Source of the DNA: an uncultured Methanosarcinales archaeon
Lineage (GTDB): Archaea; Nanobdellota; Nanobdellia; Woesearchaeales; JAHJBD01
Length of the DNA stretch: 32,000 nucleotides
Reading direction: 5' to 3'
Assembly (NCBI GenBank): GCA_964534665.1
Contig: CAZHRT010000010.1
Coordinates: 1-32,000 of the forward strand
Position numbers and translations under genes: made by a program. Below, piece after piece: positions 15,775 through 23,389 of this stretch (position 1 is its first letter; the number at the start of each line of letters is the position of its first letter). The notes beneath the pieces were generated by a model. It made no database searches. It had not been told where the DNA came from and saw only the letters and a list, made by a program, of their open reading frames with translations.

Positions 15775-16481
15775 ATGATGGGATGCATTATTGTCCTGGT
15801 TGTGGGCATACTCAAGTGCATAGAATGATTGCTGATCTAATTGATGAATTAGGTATCCGAGAAAAAACTATTGCTTCTGCACCAGTTGGTTGTGCAGTAT
15901 TATTTTATAATTATTTTAATGTTGATGTTATTGAATGTGCACATGGTCGTGTTCCTGCTGTCATGGGCGCTATAAAAAAAGTTAATCCTGATAAGTTTGT
16001 TTTATGTTACCAAGGGGATGGTGATTTAGCGGCAATTGGTACAACTGAAACAATACATACTGCTAACCGTGGAGAAAACTTAACTGTTATTTTTATCAAT
16101 AATGCAATTTATGGTATGACTGGTGGTCAAATGGCACCTACAACTTTACCAGGACAAATTACAACTACAACACCAAAAGGAAGAGGGAATAATAATGAAG
16201 GATTACCTCTTAAGGTTTGTGAATTATTAAGCGTACTTGGAGGTCCAACATACATTGAAAGATGTGCAGTAAATAGTGCTGAGAATATGAAGAAAACTAA
16301 AGAAGCCATCAAAAAAGCAATTCAATGCCAATTAGAAGGTAAAGGTTATAGTTTTATAGAGATATTGTCTGGCTGTCCAACCAACTGGAAAGTTAGTGTA
16401 AAAGATTCTATTGGCTTTATTGATAAGATGATTGAATATTTCCCATTAGGTGTTTTCAAGGATGTAAGAAATGAGAGATGA
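15753..16481 (+). CDS. 2-oxoacid:ferredoxin oxidoreductase, beta (TPP-binding) subunit
   Basis: 242 aa with YCPGCGH and YQGDGDLAAIGTTETIHTANRGENLTVIFINNAIYGMTGGQ (TPP/Mg site). Confidence 0.9.
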   Translation: MKCKTLKDDGMHYCPGCGHTQVHRMIADLIDELGIREKTIASAPVGCAVLFYNYFNVDVIECAHGRVPAVMGAIKKVNPDKFVLCYQGDGDLAAIGTTETIHTANRGENLTVIFINNAIYGMTGGQMAPTTLPGQITTTTPKGRGNNNEGLPLKVCELLSVLGGPTYIERCAVNSAENMKKTKEAIKKAIQCQLEGKGYSFIEILSGCPTNWKVSVKDSIGFIDKMIEYFPLGVFKDVRNER

Positions 16482-17001
16482 AATTAAGATAGCAGGTTAT
16501 GGTGGACAAGGGGTTGTCTTAGCTGGAAGTTTGATAGCTAACACTGCAATGCGTCAAGGATTGTATACTTGCGGCATGGTATCTTATGGTGCTGAAATGA
16601 GGGGAGGAACAGCAAACTCAACTGTAATAGTAAGTGATAAACCAATAAGTAGCCCAATTGTTATAATGCCAAATGTTGTATTAATATTAAATGAACCTTC
16701 TCTTAAGAAATTTGAAGAGAGTGTAGAAAAAGGTGGTGTTATAATTATTAATACATCAGAATGTAAGAAAAAAGTTTCTAGACAAGATATTGAAATTGTT
16801 GAGGTTGCTGCAACAGATGCTGCAGTAGAACTGGGAAATAAGAAAGTTACAAATATGGTCATGGTTGGAGCATATATTAAGAAAAAAGGTTCAATAAGAT
16901 TAGAAGAAGCCATAAAGAATCTAGATGTTGTAATCAAGAGAAAAGAATTGATTGATATTAATAAAAAAGCTTTGGAAAAAGGTGGGGAATTATGTATGTA
17001 A
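16471..17001 (+). CDS. 2-oxoacid:ferredoxin oxidoreductase, gamma subunit
   Basis: 176 aa. IKIAGYGGQGVVLAGSLIA is typical of the gamma subunit/domain. It overlaps korB by 11 nt and the next thiolase by 10 nt. No delta (2x[4Fe-4S]) subunit gene is present in the window. Confidence 0.85.
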   Translation: MRDEIKIAGYGGQGVVLAGSLIANTAMRQGLYTCGMVSYGAEMRGGTANSTVIVSDKPISSPIVIMPNVVLILNEPSLKKFEESVEKGGVIIINTSECKKKVSRQDIEIVEVAATDAAVELGNKKVTNMVMVGAYIKKKGSIRLEEAIKNLDVVIKRKELIDINKKALEKGGELCM

Positions 17002-18128
17002 AAGGTGTTGGTTGTACACCATATAGGATTCATGAGAAAAAATCACATATGTTAGCTTATGATGCGATTAGTCAAGCCTTAAAAGATGCTGATACGTCTT
17101 TAGATAAGATTGATGGTATTGTTTGTAGTACGTTAGAATGGTTTTTTACTGAGGAAAATCAAAGACATTTTGCTGCAATGCTTTCTGGTTTGTTAAAAAC
17201 TAATAAACCAATAATAAGGGTGCCTGCTGCTTGTGCTGGAGGGGGAACAGCCTTATGGACAGCTAATAAAATGGGATTTGATAATGTATTGGTTGTTGGT
17301 GTTGAAAAACTACATGGACATACAAGAAATACTGATATGATTACAAAAGAATTTGGTATGGCTGCTGAATCTAAATGGGAGCAAACTGAAGGTGTTAATT
17401 TTCCTGGAGAAAATGCTTTAGTTGCACAAGCATACCTTAACAAATTTCCCGAAACAACTATGAATGATCTTGCTTTGATATCGTTAAAGAATCATGAAAA
17501 TGCTTTTTTAAATCCTAATGCTTATTTTTATGGGAAAAAAGTTAACTTGGATCAAATTAAGAATTCACCAATAATAACTTCGCCATTAAGATTATTTGAT
17601 TGTAGTGTAAGTGTTGATGGGGCTGCAGCTGTTGTTTTATCTAAAGATAAAACAGATGTTAAAATTGCAGGGTCATCATTATGTTCTGATTACCTTCCGC
17701 CTTTTGAAAGGGATGATATGACAACATGGGAAGGAACATTAAGAACTGGCAATGAAGTTTTTGAGCAAACAGGTTTAGAAAGAAGTGAGATTGATTTTGC
17801 TGAATTACATGATGCTTTTACAATAGTTGAACTATTAACATACGAAGATCTTGGTTTTTGTAAGAAAGGGGAAGCGTATAAAATGATTAGGGATGGTAGA
17901 TTTAAGATTGATGGAAAGATGCCTGTAAATGTTTCTGGTGGATTAAAAGCTAAAGGGCATCCTGTTTCTGCAACTGGTCTTGGAATGATATATGAGATTG
18001 TTAAACAAATACGTGGTGAATCTGGTGATAGACAAATTAGTAAAACTAGAAATGCGCTTGCCCATAATATTGGTGGAGCAGGTGGTACAACCGCCGTACA
18101 CATACTAAAGAAAATTGGAGGGGTTTAA
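16992..18128 (+). CDS. Thiolase-fold acyl-CoA C-acyltransferase, paralogue 2
   Basis: 378 aa, roughly 55-60% identical by eye to the protein at 10319-11443. Shared blocks include IIRVPAACAGGGTALWTAN, NHENAF, YGKKV, LRLFDCSVSVDGAAAVVLSKDKTDVKIAGS, YEDLGFCKKGE and SGGLKAKGHP. No DUF35 partner is adjacent. Confidence 0.85.
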   Translation: MYVKGVGCTPYRIHEKKSHMLAYDAISQALKDADTSLDKIDGIVCSTLEWFFTEENQRHFAAMLSGLLKTNKPIIRVPAACAGGGTALWTANKMGFDNVLVVGVEKLHGHTRNTDMITKEFGMAAESKWEQTEGVNFPGENALVAQAYLNKFPETTMNDLALISLKNHENAFLNPNAYFYGKKVNLDQIKNSPIITSPLRLFDCSVSVDGAAAVVLSKDKTDVKIAGSSLCSDYLPPFERDDMTTWEGTLRTGNEVFEQTGLERSEIDFAELHDAFTIVELLTYEDLGFCKKGEAYKMIRDGRFKIDGKMPVNVSGGLKAKGHPVSATGLGMIYEIVKQIRGESGDRQISKTRNALAHNIGGAGGTTAVHILKKIGGV

Positions 18129-18875
18129 ATGGAAGACTTAAAAGGTAAAACTGCATTAATAACTGGTGGTTCTCAAGGTATAGGTAAAGCTATTGCTATA
18201 GCAATGGCAAAAGAGGGTGCTAATATTATTATCAATGATATTGAACCTGCAAAAGAAGGGGCTGAAGCAACAGTTGCTGAATTAAAAGAATTTGGTGTTG
18301 ATGCTATGGCAGCTTATGCAGATGTTTCAGATTTTGAACAAGTTAAATCTATGGTTGAACAAATTAAAGAAAAATTCCCAGTAATTAATGTATTGGTAAA
18401 TAATGCAGGAATAACTAAAGATAGAACATTAAAAAAGATGACTCCTGAAGAATGGAATGCTGTAATAAATGTTAATCTTAATTCAATCTATAATGTAACG
18501 CATAATGTTTTGGGGCTTATACCTGAAGGTGGTTCGATTATATCTTTATCTTCTATTGCTGGAGTTGGAGGAAATTTTGGACAGTGCAATTATGCATCAA
18601 CTAAAGCCGGGATTATTGGATTTACAAAGTCTCTTGCAAAAGAGTTAGGAAAAATGAAGATTACTGTTAATGCGATTGCCCCAGGATTTATCAAAAGTAA
18701 GATGACTGATAAAATCCCTGTAATGATGCTTGATCAAATATTGGACTTAATACCTTCAAAAGAGATGGGACAGCCTGAAGATGTTGCTAATTTAGCAGTG
18801 TTTTTGGCATCTAATAAGGGTAAATATGTAAATTCTCAAGTAATCAGAGTAGATGGCGGCATGATGTTTGGTTGA
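18129..18875 (+). CDS. fabG: 3-oxoacyl-thioester reductase, classical SDR (FabG / PhaB acetoacetyl-CoA reductase type)
   Basis: 248 aa with TGGSQGIGKAIA, NNAGIT and S...YASTKAG. The segment KKMTPEEWNAVINVNLNSIYNVTHNV resembles CoA-dependent PhaB at least as much as ACP-dependent FabG. Confidence 0.9.
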   Translation: MEDLKGKTALITGGSQGIGKAIAIAMAKEGANIIINDIEPAKEGAEATVAELKEFGVDAMAAYADVSDFEQVKSMVEQIKEKFPVINVLVNNAGITKDRTLKKMTPEEWNAVINVNLNSIYNVTHNVLGLIPEGGSIISLSSIAGVGGNFGQCNYASTKAGIIGFTKSLAKELGKMKITVNAIAPGFIKSKMTDKIPVMMLDQILDLIPSKEMGQPEDVANLAVFLASNKGKYVNSQVIRVDGGMMFG

Positions 18876-18927
18876 GTACAATAAACTTTAAATAGGGTTT
18901 TTATTTACCTTCTTTAGGGGATATAAC

Positions 18928-20082
18928 TTGGATTTTAATTATACTAAAAAACAATTAATGCTTTACCACACTATTAGGAATTTTGTAGAGAAAGAAATTA
19001 TTCCTTATGCTCAAGATATTGATCATGAAGAAATATTTCCAATCGAACAAATTAAGAAATTAGCTAAGATGGGCGTTATGGGGATGTCTATACCTAAAAA
19101 GTATGGTGGGGCTGAACTTGATAATGTTTCTCAAACTATAATTATGGAAGAAGTTAGTCGTGCTTGTGCTTCAACTTCTGTTACAATGGGGGCACATACT
19201 TCTTTATGTTGTTATCCAATTGTAAATCATGGTACTAATGCTCAAAAAGAAAGGTGGTTACCTAAACTTGCTTCAGGCGAGTGGTTAGGTGCTTTTGCGC
19301 TTACAGAACCAAATGCTGGTTCTGATGCTGTTAATGTACAAACAACTGCTGTTAGAGATGGAGACGATTACATAATTAATGGTAACAAAGTTTTTATTAC
19401 AAATGGTGGAAAATGTGATTTTGTTCCAATTGTTTGTACAACTGATCCTTCTGCTAAACATAAGGGATTAGCTATTTTTGGGATTGAAACAAAAAATACT
19501 CCAGGATTTAAAGTTGGGAAGAAAGAGGATAAGCTGGGTTTAAGAGGTTCAAATACTTGTGAACTTGTGTTTGAAGATATGCGTGTTCCAAAAGAAAATT
19601 TAGTTAGTGGTAAAGAAGGCGAAGGCTTTAAGATTTCTATGGGTGTATTTAATTCTGGAAGGATTGGAATTGGAGTACAGGGTGTTGGAATTGCACAAGC
19701 AGCATTTGATGAATGTATGAAATATGTTAGTGAAAGAGAACAGTTTGGAAGGCCTTTAAAGAAATTTCAAGCTATACAGTTTCAGATGGCTGAAATGGCA
19801 ACTAAAATTGAAGCTGCTCGTTTATTATGTTTGAAAGCTGCACATGTAAAAGATCAAGGTAAAAATTATATCAAACATGCTGCAATGGCTAAATATTATG
19901 GAAGCGATGTTTCAATGGAAGTTACAAGACAAGCTATACAAATACATGGTGGTTATGGTTATATGAAAGATTATCCATTAGAAAGATTTTACAGAGATGC
20001 AAAGATTACTGAGATTTATGAAGGTACAACAGAAATCCAAAAATTAGTTATTGGAAATGAATTGTTTGGGAGAGGTTTTTAA
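18928..20082 (+). CDS. Acyl-CoA dehydrogenase (short-chain/butyryl-CoA dehydrogenase-like)
   Basis: 384 aa with GAFALTEPNAGSDA, ITNG and IYEGTTEIQ. It uses a TTG start with GGGGA 7 nt upstream. Confidence 0.9.
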   Translation: MDFNYTKKQLMLYHTIRNFVEKEIIPYAQDIDHEEIFPIEQIKKLAKMGVMGMSIPKKYGGAELDNVSQTIIMEEVSRACASTSVTMGAHTSLCCYPIVNHGTNAQKERWLPKLASGEWLGAFALTEPNAGSDAVNVQTTAVRDGDDYIINGNKVFITNGGKCDFVPIVCTTDPSAKHKGLAIFGIETKNTPGFKVGKKEDKLGLRGSNTCELVFEDMRVPKENLVSGKEGEGFKISMGVFNSGRIGIGVQGVGIAQAAFDECMKYVSEREQFGRPLKKFQAIQFQMAEMATKIEAARLLCLKAAHVKDQGKNYIKHAAMAKYYGSDVSMEVTRQAIQIHGGYGYMKDYPLERFYRDAKITEIYEGTTEIQKLVIGNELFGRGF

Positions 20083-20085
20083 TGA

Positions 20086-20131
20086 CTCAAAAATTCTTTT
20101 TTGAGGGATTGGAAATCACCAAAGGTGATTT
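20086..20131 (+). promoter_or_regulatory. Two consecutive stem-loops in the 52-nt acd-etfB spacer; the second covers the etfB RBS
   Basis: CTCAAAAA-TTCT-TTTTTGAG (20086-20105) begins 4 nt after the acd stop. AAATCACC-AAA-GGTGATTT (20113-20131) follows, and its GGTGA lies 6 nt upstream of the etfB ATG at 20135. Confidence 0.4.
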
Positions 20132-20134
20132 TCA

Positions 20135-20917
20135 ATGAACATCATTGTTTGTGTAAAACAAGTACCTGATACAAATGATATTAAGATTGATCCTGTTAAA
20201 GGGACTTTAATTAGAGAGGGAGTTCCATCAATTATCAATCCAGAAGATAATAATGCTATTGAGGCGGCTTTGCAAATAAAAGGTGAAGGTAAAGTTACTG
20301 TTCTTTCAATGGGGCCACCACAAGCTGAAGAAGCTTTAAGGGAAGCTATTGCAATGGGTGTTGATGAAGCTATTCTTGTCTCAGATTTTAAGTTTGCTGG
20401 TTCTGATACATGGGCAACTGCAAATGTATTGGCAAGTGCTGTTAAGAAATTAGACTATGACCTAATAATTTGTGGAAGGCAAGCAATTGATGGGGATACT
20501 GCACAAGTGGGTCCCCAATTAGCTGAAAATTTGGGTTTACCACAAATCACTTATGTTCAAAAAATTGAAGTTGGAGAGGGTGTATTAAAAGTTCAAAGAG
20601 CTCTTGAAGATGGATATGAAATAATAGAAGGAAAGTTGCCTGTTTTAATAACCGTAGTAAAAGAAATTAACAATCCAAGATATCCAACATTACAAGGAAT
20701 TGATAAAGCTTATGAAACTGATATTATTAAATGGACAGCAGATGATATTGAAGCAGATCCTGCAAAAATTGGACTTAAAGGTTCTCCAACACATGTAAAA
20801 AAGAGTTTTGTTCCTCCTGGAAAAGGCCAAGGAATAAAATTAGATGGACCTACTAAAGATATTGCAAAACAATTAATTGGAATCTTAAAAGAAAAAGAGA
20901 TTATCCAAGAATTTTAA
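20135..20917 (+). CDS. etfB: Electron-transfer flavoprotein, beta/small subunit (bifurcating-type signature)
   Basis: 260 aa with MNIIVCVKQVPD and GRQAIDGDTAQVGPQLAENLGLPQITYV. Confidence 0.9.
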   Translation: MNIIVCVKQVPDTNDIKIDPVKGTLIREGVPSIINPEDNNAIEAALQIKGEGKVTVLSMGPPQAEEALREAIAMGVDEAILVSDFKFAGSDTWATANVLASAVKKLDYDLIICGRQAIDGDTAQVGPQLAENLGLPQITYVQKIEVGEGVLKVQRALEDGYEIIEGKLPVLITVVKEINNPRYPTLQGIDKAYETDIIKWTADDIEADPAKIGLKGSPTHVKKSFVPPGKGQGIKLDGPTKDIAKQLIGILKEKEIIQEF

Positions 20918-20918
20918 A

Positions 20919-22088
20919 ATGGTAAAAATAAAATTAACTGATAATTATCCTGGATCAACACTTACAATAGATGGTGTTATGCTTAGTTTAGGAGATGATT
21001 TTGTTGATGTTGAGAAATCATTAGATTTACAGCAAGCACTTAATAATGGTTATGTTGAAATTCAAGAAGAAAAAGAAGAGAATAAAGTTGAGGAAGTAAA
21101 AGAAGGTGAAGAAGTTTGGATTTTTGCAGAACAGCGTGCAGGAAAATTTGCTAGAGTTGCACTTGAGCTTTTAGGAAAAGCACGTGAGTTAGCAGATCAT
21201 CAAGGTGTTAAAGTTGGTGCTTTGTTATTATGTGATAAAGATTGCGGATTATCCTCAGAATTAATTTCTAGGGGTGCAGATAAAGTTTATCTAGCTGAAT
21301 CTGAGAAATTTAAGAATTATGAAACTTTAAATTTTACTAAAACTATTTGTGAAATTATAAATAAAGAAAAACCTCAAATTGTAATATATGGTGCAACACA
21401 TATTGGTAGAGATTTAGCACCAAGAATTGCTCAAAGGATTGCAACTGGTTTAACTGCTGATTGTACTGGTTTAAACATTGATGAAGATGGTTTATTGATA
21501 CAAACAAGGCCTGCTTTTGGTGGGAACTTAATGGCTGAAATTAAATGTCCTGAACATAAACCTCAAATGTCTACTGTAAGACCAGGTATTATGAAAATGC
21601 TTGACAAGACAGAAAGAGAAGGTTCTGTTGTTAAATGTGAAATTTCACTTGAGGAAGATGATAGAATCAAAGTTTTAGAAGTAATTAAAGAAACTAGGAA
21701 AGTTGCTAATCTTGAAGAAGCTGAAATAATTGTGTCTGGTGGACGAGGTGTTGGAAGTCCTGAAAATTTTAAACTTATTGAAGAGTTAGCAAAAGAGTTG
21801 GGTGCTGAGATTGGAGCGTCACGTGCAGTTATTGATGCTGGTTGGGTTCCAAAAGATCATCAAGTTGGACAAACAGGTAAAACAGTAACACCAAAATTAT
21901 ATTTGGCTTGTGGAATTTCTGGTGCTATTCAGCATAGGGCTGGAATGCAAAATTCTGATACAATTGTTGCTATTAATAAAGATCCTAATGCGATGATTTT
22001 TTCTGTTGCTGATTATGGCATTGTTGGTGATTTAAACAAGGTTATTCCGGCTTTAATTGAAGAGCTTAAGAATGGCAAAACTTTATAA
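20919..22088 (+). CDS. etfA: Electron-transfer flavoprotein, alpha/large subunit with a ~65-aa Cys-free N-terminal extension
   Basis: 389 aa. The canonical EtfA begins at VWIFAEQRAGKFARVALELLGKAREL. The C-terminal FAD domain shows SGGRGVGS, ASRAVIDAGW and QVGQTGKTVTPKLYLACGISGAIQH. Confidence 0.9.
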   Translation: MVKIKLTDNYPGSTLTIDGVMLSLGDDFVDVEKSLDLQQALNNGYVEIQEEKEENKVEEVKEGEEVWIFAEQRAGKFARVALELLGKARELADHQGVKVGALLLCDKDCGLSSELISRGADKVYLAESEKFKNYETLNFTKTICEIINKEKPQIVIYGATHIGRDLAPRIAQRIATGLTADCTGLNIDEDGLLIQTRPAFGGNLMAEIKCPEHKPQMSTVRPGIMKMLDKTEREGSVVKCEISLEEDDRIKVLEVIKETRKVANLEEAEIIVSGGRGVGSPENFKLIEELAKELGAEIGASRAVIDAGWVPKDHQVGQTGKTVTPKLYLACGISGAIQHRAGMQNSDTIVAINKDPNAMIFSVADYGIVGDLNKVIPALIEELKNGKTL

Positions 22089-22113
22089 GTGCTATTAGTT
22101 CTAAATAGATAAT

Positions 22114-22755
22114 ATGAAACCAAGTTTTGTTACAAAATTAAGTATACGGCTTGCCAAACTATGGGTAAGAAATATCTCTGGTCTAGAGAATATTCCAGAT
22201 AATGGCAAGTTTATAATCGCAGCAAACCATTCTAGTTTTTTAGATGATTTTCTAATGCCTGGAATTGCAATACTAAAAATAAAAAAACTTGTACATATGT
22301 ATTGTAATGATAGGTTCTATAAAAATAAAATCTTTGCAGCATATCTAAATTCTTCTCAGTGCATACCCATTTCAATACAGACAAAGAATAAAGATACTAA
22401 CAAAAAAGCTTTTGAAACAGCATTAAATCATCTTAAAAACAACGAACCAATAGGCATCTTCCCAGAAGGTGGCCGTTCTAAGAATGGTGAACTTAAGGAA
22501 GCAAGAACAGGAATTGCAAAACTTGCATTAACAGCAAAAGTTCCTATATTACCTATTGGACTCGCAGGTTCATATGATGTATTTCCTAGGAATGTAAAAT
22601 TTCCAAAATTTAAACGATGTGAGATAAAAATAGGTAAGCCAATTTACTTGGATAAATATTATGAAGAATCAGATAACCAGAAAGTTCTTAAAGATATAAC
22701 TACAAAAATAATGAAAGAAATAGCTAAATTAACCGGACAGGAGTATAATTATTAA
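22114..22755 (+). CDS. PlsC-family (LPLAT) glycerol-phosphate/lysophosphatidate acyltransferase, paralogue 1
   Basis: 213 aa with the H-x4-D motif in AANHSSFLDDF, FPEGGRS and VPILPIGL. Confidence 0.8.
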   Translation: MKPSFVTKLSIRLAKLWVRNISGLENIPDNGKFIIAANHSSFLDDFLMPGIAILKIKKLVHMYCNDRFYKNKIFAAYLNSSQCIPISIQTKNKDTNKKAFETALNHLKNNEPIGIFPEGGRSKNGELKEARTGIAKLALTAKVPILPIGLAGSYDVFPRNVKFPKFKRCEIKIGKPIYLDKYYEESDNQKVLKDITTKIMKEIAKLTGQEYNY

Positions 22756-22756
22756 A

Positions 22757-23389
22757 ATGGTATATTTAATTTCAAAAAAGATTATATCTGGAATAATGAA
22801 GTTCTGGACAAAAGAAGTTATTGGATTAGAAAATCTTCCAAAAAAAAAGTTTGGGTTCATTGTAGCTGCTAATCATGGAAGTTATTTAGATCATTTTTTT
22901 ATTGGAACTATTATAACACCTAAACTTAATAGGGCAATACATTTTTTAGCTAAAAAAGAGCACTTTGATAGTTTTATACAAAGAAAATGGCATAATTACC
23001 TTCAAGCTATTCCAATTGATAGGCAGGCTGGTGGTAAAGAAGCGTTAAAACATGCTATTGATGCATTGCAAGAAGGCAAAATCATCTCAATTTATCCAGA
23101 AGGAACAATAACATTAACAGGAAAAATTCAAGAAGGTAAAACCGGTGTTGCTAGGTTAGCTATTGCTGCTAAAGTTCCTGTTTTACCAATTGGAATAAAT
23201 GGATCATTTGAAATACTACCAAAAGGTAAATGGATACCTAAATTTAAAAGAGCAACAATTAAAATAGGAAAATTAATGTATTTTGATAAATATTATGGGA
23301 AAGATGAAGATAGAAAAGTTACAAGAGAAGTAACGGATAATATTATGAAAGAAATAGGAAAGTTAGCAGGAAAGAGGTATAAAGAATGA
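22757..23389 (+). CDS. PlsC-family (LPLAT) acyltransferase, paralogue 2
   Basis: 210 aa with the H-x4-D motif in AANHGSYLDHF, YPEGTIT and VPVLPIGI. It starts 1 nt after paralogue 1 and is about 40% identical to it by eye. Confidence 0.8.
   Translation: MVYLISKKIISGIMKFWTKEVIGLENLPKKKFGFIVAANHGSYLDHFFIGTIITPKLNRAIHFLAKKEHFDSFIQRKWHNYLQAIPIDRQAGGKEALKHAIDALQEGKIISIYPEGTITLTGKIQEGKTGVARLAIAAKVPVLPIGINGSFEILPKGKWIPKFKRATIKIGKLMYFDKYYGKDEDRKVTREVTDNIMKEIGKLAGKRYKE

Noticed and set aside
16584-17033. 149-aa minus-strand ORF
   Set aside because: It lies entirely antisense to the well-supported OFOR gamma gene. The sequence is low-complexity and hydrophobic, as is typical of shadow ORFs, and it has no RBS or promoter context.
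17690-18103. 137-aa minus-strand ORF; the same applies to 17159-17443
   Set aside because: Both are antisense to thiolase paralogue 2, whose protein has strong family motifs. They are shadow ORFs.
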